NCBI GenBank assembly: GCA_038087875.1
Contig: CM075989.1
Coordinates: 6,262,001 to 6,326,000, forward strand
Source of the DNA: Malacoraja senta
Lineage: Eukaryota
Direction: 5' to 3'
Length of the DNA stretch: 64,000 nucleotides
How positions within the stretch are numbered: the first letter of the stretch is position 1; the number at the start of each line of letters is the position of its first letter. The notes under the pieces were generated by a model. The model did not search any database. It saw only the letters and a program-made list of their open reading frames with translations, and was not told the origin of the DNA. This document shows, in pieces, positions 39,826 through 52,113 of the stretch. The translations under genes and the position numbers were made by a program.

Positions 39826-40439
39826 CGAGAAGCTGTTCCTTTCGACTGTCCATGCTCGTGGCACATCATTTAACACTGAGATCCACCACGAGACCCTGAA
39901 CCACTTCTGTGTCGCAGGACCCCCATCTTGATGATGACACTGGCCATTGCATGAACTCCCCGCCAGCACGGACTTTGACCGACCAGGGAGGAAAGGCACA
40001 AAAACACTGCAGTAACTCAGCGGGTCAGGCAGCATCTCTGGAGAGAAGGAATGGGTGACGTTTCGGGTCGAGACCCTTCTTCAGACATTGAGGTCTTTCT
40101 TCCAGCCAGTCAGCTCAGTCTGAAGAAGGGTCTCGACCCGAAACATCGCCTATTCCTTCTCTCCGGAGATGCTCCCTCACCCGCTGAGTTATTCCAGCTT
40201 TTTGTGTCTACCTTCAGCTCAGTTGGACTTTGTTCACATTCCCAACACCAGACGTCTAAACACTCTATTCTGAGCTCTGTTCCTTGAGGAGATGACCAGG
40301 CAGATAGAGGCAGAGCGTTGAGGATATGCTCGACACCTCCCTGTGGGTGAAAATGCGAGTTTTGTGTATTATTTTATTTTATTCTTCATTATTAATAAAT
40401 TATTAATTATAAATATTATTTATGAGTTATTATTGTGTG

Positions 40440-40900
40440 CAGAGTTGAGTTTGAGCTTAGTTTGTTGTCACGTGTACCGAGGTACAGTGAAAAGCTGTTG
40501 TTGCGTGCTAACCAGTCAGCGGAAAGACAATACATGATTACAATCGAGCCGTCCACAGTGTGTAGATACATGATGAAGGGAATAACACGGATAAAGTTTA
40601 GTACAAGATAAAGTCCACTAATGTCCGATCAAAAATAGTTTGAGGGTCTCCAATGAGGTAGAGAGCAGCTCAGGACTGCTCTCTAGTTGTTGGTAGGATG
40701 CAGGCGGGAAGAAACTGTTTGTGAATCTGGAGGTGTGCGTTTTCACACTTCGGTACCGCTTGCCTGATGGGAGAAGGGGAGAAGAGTGAGTGGCCGGAGT
40801 GCGACTCGTCCTTGATTGTGTCCTTGCCGAGGCAGCGTGAGGTGTAGATGGAGTCAGTGGAAGGGAGGTTGGTTTGTGTGCTGGTCTGGGCTGCGTATAG
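40440..40900 (-). mobile_element. Rex1/Babar-type LINE 3' end
   Basis: LLPSGKRYRSVKTHTSRFTNSFFP. The same tail recurs at about 48810-49190 and about 60280-60480. Confidence 0.7.
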
Positions 40901-42720
40901 ATGGAGGTGTAAATGCAATGCCTCCACTGGCTGCTGGGAGTCTCTGGCCCACAGCTACTGGGAGAGGAGATGGAGCCTATAGAACGGTGTGGAGAACCAC
41001 TAGGGTGGCACAGTGGTCGAGCTGCTGCCTCACAGCACCGGAGATCCCGGTTCGATCCCGACCTCGGATTATGTCGGTGCTGAGTTTGCAAGTTCTCCCT
41101 GAAACCTGCACGGGTTCCTCCGTGTGCTCTGGTTTCCTCCCACATCCCAAAGACCTGCAAGTTTGTAAGTTAATTGGCCTCTAAATTTCCCCTAGCATGG
41201 AAACAGGTCAGCGTAGACTGGGTGGGCCAAAGGACCTGTTTCCATGCTGTATCTCTAAACTAAAGTGAACCTCGAGTCCCTGGATCAGAAGGGGAGGGTG
41301 GGGGCTCACTTTGCTTGCAAGCTACCGAGCCCCAGCCAGCACTTGCCTCCTCTGGGGAAGTGTCTGCGGTTCCCACCTTGGTCTCATCGTTCATCTCGGG
41401 TTCAATGGACCTGGAGTGGAAGCAGTAATTATTGTGGGCAGAGACTGGTGGACTCAGGCAGCATAGTCGGACCAAAGGAGACTGAAGGAAGTGCAGGAGA
41501 GTGGGGACAACACGCAATGTCCCAGAGACTACGATGTGACCTGGTGGTGGAGTTGCTAGCACCACTCACTCACAGCACCAGCGACGGGGGGGGGGGGGGG
41601 GGGTCAATCCTGATGTCTGCTGCTGTCTGTGTGGAGTTTGCATGTTCTTCCTGTAACCACATGGGTTTCTGCTGAGTCTGTCCCAAAATATGGTGGTTGG
41701 TAGAGTAATTGGCTGCAGTCAATTGTGCCAAATGTGGGGTGGTGGAGGGGGGGGTGGGGGGCAGAATTGGGTTTGGGGAGGAGGGTGCAGTGGATGGGGA
41801 TGCAAGAGGAAACAATAGTATTAGTGTACACGGGTGCTTGATGGTCAGCACAGACCCGATGGGCCGAAGGGCCTGTTTCCACGCTGTCGGAATCTATAAA
41901 ATTAAGAGAGTCCTTGACAGAGAGAAGAGAAAGGGTTGTCTTCCCTCAGAGAAGAAATTCATACCAAGGAGTACAGATTTAAATCAACTGGGAAAGAGGA
42001 TTTTAATATTTTTTTTAATTGTCAGAAAGATGGTAGGATTTGTTTAGTATTTTTGCACTATATTGGCATCATGTTCGATGAAGGGCCATTTATTATTTAT
42101 TGAACATTTATTAGACTGTGTGTTGTGTGCTGTGTTTGCAAATCTAATGGGCTGCTGCAGCAAGTGAAAATGTCATGGTTCCGTTTTGGTACATGCGGCA
42201 ATAAAACACTCGTGAGTTTTGGGCCTGTAACGGGTTGGATCTGGAACTCCAAAGCTGCTCGAAAGCAGGTTGTAGGGAACAAAACTCCCAATGTGTGTAG
42301 AAGGCTTCCTGCCTGAACACGGACACGGAGATATAAATGTTCTACATGGCTCTGTTCATAATTTATCGGAGCAGAATTAGGCCATTCGGCCCATCAAGTC
42401 TACTCCGTCATGCAATCATGGCTGATCTATCTTTCCCTCTCAACCCCATTCTCCTGCCTTCTCCCCATAACCTCTGACACTAAAAATATCCATTGACTTT
42501 GCCTCCACAGCCTTCTATGGCAGTGAATTCCACAGATTCACCACCCTCTGACAAAAGAAATTCCTCCTCATCTCCTTCCCAAAGGAATGTCCTTTAATTC
42601 TGAAGCTATGACCTCTGGTCCTAGACTTTCCCACTGGTGGAAACATCCTCTCCACATCCTCTCTATCCAGTGTTTGTGGGCAACACTGAGATAATGACTT
42701 AACTGCCCCCTGGCGAGCTT

Positions 42721-43023
42721 TTAGTCTAGATTAGAGATACAGTGAGGAAACAGGCCGTTCAGCCCACCGAGTCCGTGCCGACCAGCGATCCCCGCACACT
42801 AATACGGCCCCACACAATTTTATATTTGTACCTCGCCAATTGACCTACAAACCTGGACGGCTTTGGAGTGTGGGAAGAAACCAAAGATCTCGGAGAAAAC
42901 CCAGGCGGTCACGGGGAGAACGTACAAACTCCGTACAGACGGCACCCGTGGTCGGGATCGAATCCTGATCTCACCTGGGGTCTCTGGCGCTGTAAGGCAG
43001 CGACTCTGCCACGGTGCTGCCCC
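42721..43023 (-). mobile_element. HE1-type V-SINE
   Basis: Near full-length reverse copy. Confidence 0.85.
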
Positions 43024-45303
43024 AATTACTGGCCTGATTCTGTGCTGGCGAGGGAACGCCATGTGAATGGCTTATTCGCAGAATTACCAAGGGCAGAAAA
43101 TGGCTTTTACATCTAAGGAATACAATTTGCAATCGCACAAACCTTGTAGATGTTCCCCGATTTATGGCATTAAACCGATTACGTGCCGTAATAAGGGTTG
43201 TCATCTCCTGATCATTCCTTGATACACCGTTCCATAATCACTTCACCCGCTAATCCAGCTGTTCGTACGACAGCTAAAGAACTCCATCCCCAGAATCGCA
43301 TGACAATTACGCGATGGGGATGCTTTGTGCTGTCATTTCTAATGTCGTCTGAATCCCGCAAATTAGATTGTCGTCTCTGAATCACTGCCTGGTATCCACT
43401 TTCATCGAGATATAGCTCACTGATTGAGGAATTGGTTCAAAGTGCCGTGAGGCTTGGAAAGAGTACAACAACATCACAGCATAGGAGGAGGCCATTTGGC
43501 TCTTCTTACTAGTGCTAGTTCTTTGAACGTGATCTCCAAATCCATAGGCCGACAGTTTCTCTTTCTTAAAGAGCAGATAGACACAAACGGCTGGGGTAAC
43601 TCAGCGGGTCAGACCAAGGGTCTCCACCCGAAATGTCACCTGTTCCTTTTCTCCAGAGATGCTGTCTGACCCGCTGAGTTACGTCACGCAGAGGATGTTT
43701 CCACTAGTGGGAGAGTCTAGGACTAGAGGTCTCGGCCTCAGAATAAAAAGACGTTTCTGTTAGGAAGGGGATGAGGAGGAATTTCTTTAGTCAGAGGGTG
43801 GTGAATCGTTGGAATTCTTTACGGGTGTCAGAGGTTATGGGGAGAAGGCAGGAGAATGGGGTTCGGAGGGAGAGATAGATCAGCCATGATTGAATGGTGG
43901 AGTAGACTTGATCCAGCTTTTTTGTGTCTACCTGCAGTTCCTTCCTGCACATTTTCTTTTTTTCTTTTTAGGTATATCATACATTAAAAGTATAAAACTT
44001 TGATTATGTCACATTTGGAGTACTCTGTCTGTCTAGTTCTGGTTGACCCTCTACACGAAAGATGGAGAGGGTGCAGAAGAGGTTCACCAGGATTCTGCCT
44101 GGGTTAGAGAGTATTACCTAGAGGGAGTGATTAAAATGTGCTGGAACAATTTAGCAGGCCAGAGAGCACCTCTGGAAAACATAGACAAGTGACGTTTCGG
44201 GTTGGGACAATTCTCCAGACACGTTGCCTGTCCCTTTGAGTTACTGCTGCACTTTGTGTCCTTTTATGTAAACCAGCATCTGCAGTTCCTCTTGCATATC
44301 CTTAAAGGATAAAGGAGAGGTTGGGCCAACGTGGGTGGGTTGTTTTCTCCAGAGCGTCGGAAATTGAGGAGAGACTCGACAGAAGTTTATCAAGTTCTGA
44401 GAGACGGAGACGGGATGGACCGTCGAGGTGTTCTTCCACAAGGTGGAAATGTAAAAACCAGGGGGCACAGGTCTCGGGCAAGAGAAGGCATGTTTTATTT
44501 CCCCCCCCCCCACCCCCCCCACACGGAGTGGTAAGTGTCTGGAACACACAGCAGGGGAGGTGGTGGAAGTTGACAGGATATTAGCATTTAAGAGCATTTG
44601 GCCAGGCACGGAATGGAGGGATATGGAGCTTGTGTTCACCCGCTCCGTGACGCACTGGTCAACCCGAGGAGCACCTTCAGCAACAGGCTGGTTGCAGTAC
44701 AGAATGCCACAGGAGATCCCTGTGGCTATCAAACTGTACAACTCCTCCCCTTCCGTCATGGAGAAGACTGACTCCCCGCCCCCCCCCCTCCCCAATCTTT
44801 GCACATCCCCAATCCTTCCCACTGTGTCACTTTAATGTCATGTTTCGTGTGTATTTTATGTTTTATGACATGTTGCCAGATCAATTTCCCTCCTGGAATA
44901 AATAAAGTTGTATCGTAGAAGTGCCGTTGAAATTGGCATAATGTTTGGGGCTGACACCGTGTGCCGCAGAGTCATTTCCTGCCTCGCACTGTTAAAGGTT
45001 ATGGGGAGAAGGCAGGAGAACGGGGTTGAGAGGGAGAGATAGATCAGCCATGATTGAATGGCAGAGTAGACCCCAAGGGCAGAGTGGCCTCATTTTGCTC
45101 TTATGACTTGGGAAGTTCCCTTGTCAAGATTGTTTTTCATATGCCCCAAACAGAACAATGACATTCTTACTTGCAGCAGCTCAACAGAAAATGCAAACAT
45201 TGTACACTGTAAACAATATAATAAATGGGCAGGGGGGGGGGGGGTTGCATTATGTATATGTGTGTGTGCATGAGTTTGTGTGCGAGTGTGTGTATCTAGG
45301 TAC

Positions 45304-45339
<36 letters not shown>

Positions 45340-45373
45340 ATTTTGTTTTTTCTGCAAACACACATGATATGAA

Positions 45374-46642
45374 TCTATCTATCTATCTCTAAAACTCTGT
45401 GTCTGCCTGACTTGTGTCTGCCTGACTTGTGTCCGCCTGACTTTCACCAAATCCCCTTTGATACCGCCCCTGGCCCACACAGCGCGCGGAAAGGCCCATA
45501 TTTTTTCCCATTTCCAAAGAGATTACATTTATCTTTACGAATAGCCACTCCTGATTAAATTCGGTCCTGTTTATGTACACGTTTTAAAAATAAAATCCAT
45601 CCCCCACCCACCCCCACGCGATTTTCTCCGAATGTCTCCGATTTTCTCCAACAATGACGCCATCTTTTTTCCGCCGATTTTTTTTTCCGAAAACGACGCC
45701 ATCTTTTTTTCGCACATTTTCACCCCGGGGTCTGAAGCACCTTCGGGAACAACACCCCGGGTGTGAAGCGCTTTCAGGGACCAGATCGAACGGGTCTGCA
45801 CTTGTATACCTATAAAAGTCTCATCGTGTGTATGTATGTTTTGTATCTTCCTCAAAACGCTATGCGCTAGCGCTGAAATTTTTACATATTCCGATTCACA
45901 TTTTTAAGGGCCTGTCCCACTTTCACGACCTAATTCACGACCTCTGCCGAGTTTGCCCTTGACTCATGCTCGCAGCATGGTCGTCACGAGGTCGTAGGTA
46001 GGTCGTGATGCTAGTCGTAGGTACTCCTGGCATCAAGTAGGTCGGGGCGTTTTTTCTAGCCTGGTGAAAAATGTCCACGAGTAAAAAAGGTCGTGAATTA
46101 GTTCGTGAAAGTGGGACAGGCCCTTAACCCTCCACACCGTAATCAGGTTCTCTTCAGATTTTGTGCTATATTTCACGTTATTGATGATTAAATCTTTAAA
46201 AAAGCCAAATTTAACATGATTTTTACTGTTATAATCCTTTCTGCCGGCTTCCAACACACTTCGATTCAAAGTTGCAAGACAGGAACACTCTGAACTTTTC
46301 ACCTCAATGGGATATCACAGCAAGTGCTTCAACAGGAGGGGAAGGACCAATTGGTATTGCAATTGCGGAAGTGCAATTGGAATTTTGTTTTTATAGTCCA
46401 GTGCTGGGGGAGGTAGGGGAGTGCTGGAATCTTGCGCTTGGCAACAGGTTAAGTTGGGGACCACGCCTACCGTGGGGGCTACGGGTTAGTGGTGCAACAT
46501 TGCATTGGGGAACGGCTGGCGTTGGGGGAACGGGTGAGTGGTGGAATATTGCATTGGGGGAATGGGTGAGTGGTGGAATATTGCATTGGGGGAATGGGTG
46601 AGTGGTGGAATATTGCGTTGGGGGAGTCTGCACTTGATCTAG
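45374..46642 (+). mobile_element. Probable non-autonomous Helitron-like element (two tandem units) with internal 32-bp minisatellite
   Basis: Starts A|TC and ends CTAG|T with no TSD. The subterminal motif gtctgcacttg occurs at about 45794 and about 46626. Minisatellite ttgcattgggggaatgggtgagtggtggaata at about 46500-46625. Confidence 0.5.
45907..46124. mobile_element. PIF/Harbinger-like MITE
   Basis: TIR AGGGCCTGTCCCACTTTCACGA with TTA/TAA flanks. Reverse complement of 16953-17168. Confidence 0.85.
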
Positions 46643-47050
46643 TATAAAATAAACCTATATAATATAAACCCGTATAACATAATGATATATAATATAATTC
46701 TGAATTATACATAAATAATTAGACACACACACACAGACACACATGCAGTTTAAATTGGCATATTTAATCCATTAAACTGGCTGCCAATTCTATGTAAGTG
46801 AGTGTTTAAGAAGGAACTGCAGATGCTGGAAAATCGACGGTAGACAAAAATGCTGGAGAAACTCAGCGGGTGCAGCAGCATCTATGGAGCGAAGGAAATA
46901 GGCAACGTTTCGGGCCGAAATGTTGCCTATTCCCTTCGCTCCATAGATGCTGCTGCACCCACTGAGTTTCTCCAGCACTTTTGTCCACCGTCTATGTAGT
47001 TGAGCGTTTATGTGGAGGGTTATTTGACCGCACTCTGCTTGTCTCCACAG

Positions 47051-47559
47051 TTAGCTGCCAGTGCAGGATACTGAAGTGCAACTCTGAGTACCTGTCGGCC
47101 ACGTCTGGGCTTCACCAGGGCGGTGAGGAGTCGGTGGAGTTCTGCGTGGCGCTGCGTGCCTACTCGCAGTGCACGCGGCGGACAGCGCGGGCGTGCCGCG
47201 GGGACCTGGCCTACCACTCGGCCGTGCACGGCATCGAGGACCTGATGAGCCAGCACAACTGCTCCAAGGTGGGCCCCACGCATGGGCCCGCACCAGCGCA
47301 GCCCACCTCGCCGGACACAATGGTGCACTCCGACGCCCCCGAGACCTGCAACTACGAGAAGAGCCTGGCACAGCAGGGGAGGCAGGCCAACTACACGCAC
47401 TGCGGGCTCTTCGGGGACCCTCACCTGCGCACCTTCTCCGACGACTTCCAGACCTGCAAGGTGCGGGGGGCCTGGCCCCTCATCGACAACAGCTACCTGT
47501 TCGTTCAGGTCACCAACGTGGCCGTGGTCCACTCCTCCAGTGCTACTGCAGCCAGCAAG
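47051..47559 (+). CDS. RGMA: RGMA coding exon 3 (N-terminal RGM domain, RGD, GDPH autocleavage site)
   Basis: Acceptor ctccacag ends at 47050 and donor GTAGGT starts at 47560. Translation CRILKCNSE...[25 protein letters not shown]...[13 protein letters not shown]...[11 protein letters not shown] at 47197-47205, GDPH at 47413-47424. Confidence 0.97.
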
Positions 47560-47991
47560 GTAGGTCCGAGCCTCGACCACTCCGCCCGGGGCTGGCAGGA
47601 GAGGGCCGAGCGGCCACCCGCCCTCCACTGTTCAACCAGTGGTGAACGGAGGTGGAGCAGCTGGTAGAGCCGCTGCCTGTAAGGACGCCAGTTCGATCCT
47701 GACCTCCCGCGTGACCTCCAAGTGCTCCGGTTTGCTGCTACATGCCAAAGACGTGCGGGCTTGTAGTTTGGTGCTCATGGAGGCAGAGGGCATGCAAGAA
47801 GGCCCTTTGGCCCATCATGTTCACGCTGTCCCTCAACTGATCCCACACTTGCCCCATTTTATTCCCCTCAAATTTCCATGGACTTCCCCACATCCTACAA
47901 CTCACCTACACAGCAGGGCCAGTTTACGGAGGCCAACACTGAATGGCTTCGTGTAGATGTCTGACCTGCCGCAAAGCTGTTCGCAGAACAG

Positions 47992-48270
47992 GGGCGGCAC
48001 GGTGGCGCAGCGGTAGAGCTCCTGCCTTTCAGCGCCAGAGACCCGGGTTCAACCCTGACTACGGCTGCTGTCCGTACGGAGATTGTACGTTCTCCCAGTG
48101 ACCTGCGTGGGTTTTCTCCGGGTGCTCCGGTTATCTCCCACACACCAAAGACCTGCAGGTTTTCAGGCTAATTAGCCTTGGTAAAATTGTATATTGTCCC
48201 TACTGTGAGTGTGCAGGGATCGCCAGTCGGCGCGGACCCGGTGGGCCAAAGGCCCTGTTTTCGCACTGGC
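47992..48270 (+). mobile_element. HE1-type V-SINE
   Basis: gggcggcacggtggcgcagcggtagag...gggttcaaccc, near full length. Confidence 0.85.
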
Positions 48271-51200
48271 CTATCCAAGCCAGTGGATATGTTTAAGGCA
48301 GAGACAGATCGATTCTGGATTAGTAATGGCCTCAGAGACAGGGAGAAGGCGGGAGAATGTGGTAAGGAGGGAGAGATAGATCAGCCATGATTGCATGGCG
48401 GAGTAGACTTGATGGGCCGAATGGCCTAATTCTGCTCCTACCACTTATGACCGTATGACATGATAACGGAATAATGTTCAGTGCAAGGTAAAGTCCGATC
48501 AAGGATAGTCCAGGGGGTTGCCAATGAGGTAGATAGTAGTTCAGGACTGCTCTCTGGTTGTGCTAGGCTGGTTCAGTTGCCTGAGCATGAGAGTGAGGTT
48601 TAGGGTGAAGGGGAATGGATTTAGAAGGGTTTTGAGGAAGAGCTTTTCACCCACAGAGTGGTTGGAATCTGGAACACACAGGCTGAGTGGGTGGTGAGGA
48701 AGAGGGCTTCTGAACATTTAAGAAGTATGTCAATGAGCAGTTAACTCAACTAGGGACTAGCAGTGGACTATCGACCAAAACACCGTGAATTGAATTAGTG
48801 AAGTTATGTTTGTTGTCATGTGTACTGAGGTACAGTGAAAATCTTTTTGTTGCGTTCTAACCAGTCAGCGGAAAGACTATACAGGATTACAATCGAGCCA
48901 TCCACAGTGTACAGATACGTGATGAAGGGAATACCGTTTAGCGCAAGATAAAGTCTGATCAAAGGTAGTCTGAGGGTCTCCAATGAGGTAGATAGTAGCT
49001 CGGGACAGCTCTCTAGTTGTTGGTAGGGTGGTTCAGTTGCCTGATAACAGATGGGAAGAAACTGTCCCTGAATCTGGAGGTGTGCGTTTTCACGCTTGTG
49101 TACCTTTTGCTAGAGGGGAGAAGGGAGAAAAAGGAGTGACCGGGGTGAGACTCGTCCTTGATGATGCTGCTGGCCTTGCCGAGGCAGCGTGAAGCAACCA
49201 GGGGCCACAGTCTTAGAATAAAGGGGAGGCCATTTAAGACTGAGGTGAGAAAAAAACGTTTTCACCCAGAGAGTTGTGAATTTGTGGAATTCCCTGCCAC
49301 AGTGGAGGCCAAGTCACTGGATGGATTTAAGAGCGAGTGGATAGAGCTCTGGGGGCTAGTGGAATCAAGGGATAGGGGGAGAAGGCAGGCACGGGTTTTT
49401 GATTGGGGACGATCAGCCATGATCACAATGAATGGCGGTGCTGGCTCGAAGGGCCGAATGGCCTCCTCCGGCACATATTTTCTATGTTTCTATGTAGTCG
49501 GAGTCAATGGAAAAGAGCGTGTGAGAAGGAACTACAAATGCTGGTTCAAACCGAAGATAGACACAAAATGCTGGAGTAACTCAGCAGGATAGGCAGCATC
49601 TCTGGAGAGAAGCAATGGGTGACATTTCGTGTGGAGACCCTTCTTCAGACTGGGTGTCGAGTCTCGACCCGAAACGTCACCCATTCCTTCTCTCCAGAGA
49701 TGCTGCCTGTCCCGCTGAGTTACTCCAGCATGTTGTGTCTATCTTGGGTTTGTAGATTAATTGGCCCTCTGTGTGTACGGAGTGAATCAGAGAGTGGGAC
49801 AACATGGAACTAGTGTGGACGGTGGTCGATGGTCATCGTGGGCTGAAGGGCCTGTTTCTATGCTGTAACTTTCAATCAGTCAATGAATAAATCTTCACTG
49901 ATTGTGAAGCAGACAGACACAGAGTGAATTAGCCGAATACTGACCAACGTTCTCCCGTACATTGCCATGCCTGTCTGCCTCCACCAGCCGCCACCCTCAG
50001 CCACTCTTGCATCCTCCGGGCTCCCAACGAGTCCTGCCACAGATCCAGGCCGGTTTGCTTCCAGCACTGTGCCACGTTTCGTCAGTGCTGCACCCTAAAG
50101 ACCCAGATTTTTGAGCCGCTGCCAGAAGTGATTAGACAGAGGACACGGTGACTGAACCTGCCTGTGCTTTCATGTCCGATGAAGGATGAGATCCGTTCAC
50201 GAGCTGACAGTCGCGAGAATGCTCCATGTTGCATTCTTGTTGTTGAAAGGCTCCAACTCATCCAAAAGTAGACAACCTGTTAATGGATTTTAGCAGATAA
50301 GGGTTCCTTTCCCCCCCCCCCCCACCACCCACCCCCCACCCCCTCCCCTCTCCGCGCCCCACCCTCCCCCCCCCCCCATATAAGATTATTAAAGGATTGG
50401 ACACGCTAGAGGCAGGAAACATGTTCCCGATGTTGGGGGAGTCCAGAACCAGGAGGCCCTCGTTTAATATTAAGGGGTAGTCCATTTAGAACTGAGATGA
50501 GGAAAAACGTTTCCGCCTATAGAGTTGTGAATCTGAGGAATTCTCTGGATGCTTTCAAGAGAGAGTTTGGGTAGAGCTCTTAAAGGTAGCGGAGTCAAGG
50601 GATATGGGGAGAAGGCAGGAATGGGGTACTGATTGTGGATGCTCAGCCATGATCACAGTGCTGGCTCGAGGGGCCGAATGGCCTACTCTTGCACCTATTG
50701 TCAAACCAGTCAGCGGAATGACAATACATGATTGCAATCAATCCACTTACAGTGTGTCGATACATGATAAGGGAATAACGTTTAGTACAAGGAAAAGCCA
50801 CCAAAGTCCGGTCAAGGATAGTCCGAGGGAAATCAGAGGTAGATAGTAGTTCAGCACTGCTCTCTGGTTGTGGTTGGCTATCCATTCCCTCCACAGATGC
50901 TGCCTGACCTGCTGAGTCCCACCAGCATAATTTTTTTTTACCGTATGTACCACATGGCTTAGATATAAAGTTTCCTGCATAGGTCATCAACGTGGATACA
51001 GCAGGATTTAGATTGGGTTGGTGAGTAAATTGTCCCTAAACACTTTCCCAGCTATATATCTGTCCAAATCGTTGACCAGCGATCACCCCATACACTAGCA
51101 CTATCCTACACAATAGGGACACTTTACAGAGGCCAATTTAACTTACAAACTTGCATGTCTTGAAGAAGGGTCTCGACCCGAAATGTCACCTATTCCTTCT

Positions 51201-51664
51201 CTCCAGAGATGTTGTTTGACCCGTTGAGTTACTCCATCATTAATGCAGCATCAGCGGTTCCTTCCTGAGTATGTCTTGGATCTCGCTCCTCGCGCCTTAA
51301 GCCCGTGAGCTGCCCTCCCCGGCTGACAGACCTTGAGCCCCCGTTATTGAGCGGTCATTGTTGCTTTGTTCACCTCGACCCACAATGCCCCGTCCTCTCC
51401 AGAGCACAGTGCCAACAATTGGACAACGCTGCCACCTGGCTGTCAGTCCTGGGACTGCCCAGTGGCGCAGCGGTAGAGTTGCCGCCATACAGCGCCAGAG
51501 AACCGGGTTCGATCCTGACTACGGGTGCTGTCTGTACGGAGTTTGTGCATTCTCCCTGTGACCACGTGGGCTTTCTCCTGGTACTCCGGATTCATCCCAC
51601 ACTCCAAAGACATGCAGGTCTGTAGGTTAATTGGCTTCGGTAAAAAAATTGTAAATTGTTCCTT

Positions 51665-52113
51665 ATAGACAATAGACAATGGACAATAGGTGCAGGAGTA
51701 GGCCATTCGGCCCTTCGAGCCAGCACCGCCATTCAATGTGATCATGGCTGTTCATCCCCAATCAGTACCCCGTTCCTGCCTTCTCCCCATATCCCCTGAC
51801 TCCGCTATCTTTAAGAGCCCTATCTAGCTCTCTCTTGAAAGTATCCAGAGAACCGAGATCCAGAGAACTGAGGCAGAGAAATTCCACACTCACCACTCTC
51901 TGTGAGAAAAAGTGTTTCCTCCTTTCCATTCTAAATGGCTTACCCCTTATTCTTAAACTGTGACCTCTGGTTCTGGACTCCCCCAACATCGGGAACATGT
52001 TTCCTGCCTCTAGCGTGTCCAAACCCTTAATAATCATATATGTTTCTATAAGATCCCCTCTCATCCTTCAAAACTCCAGAGTATACAAGCCCAGCCGCTC
52101 CATTCTCGCAGCG
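51665..52113 (-). mobile_element. CR1/HER1-like LINE 3' fragment inserted in a SINE
   Basis: ORF 51762..52064 is a CR1 C-terminus. It splits SINE 51460-52210. Confidence 0.88.

Noticed and set aside
46981..47667. ORF-track boundaries as a standalone gene
   Set aside because: The ORF overruns clear splice sites at 47050 and 47560. The same applies to the 5' part of 58513..59415.
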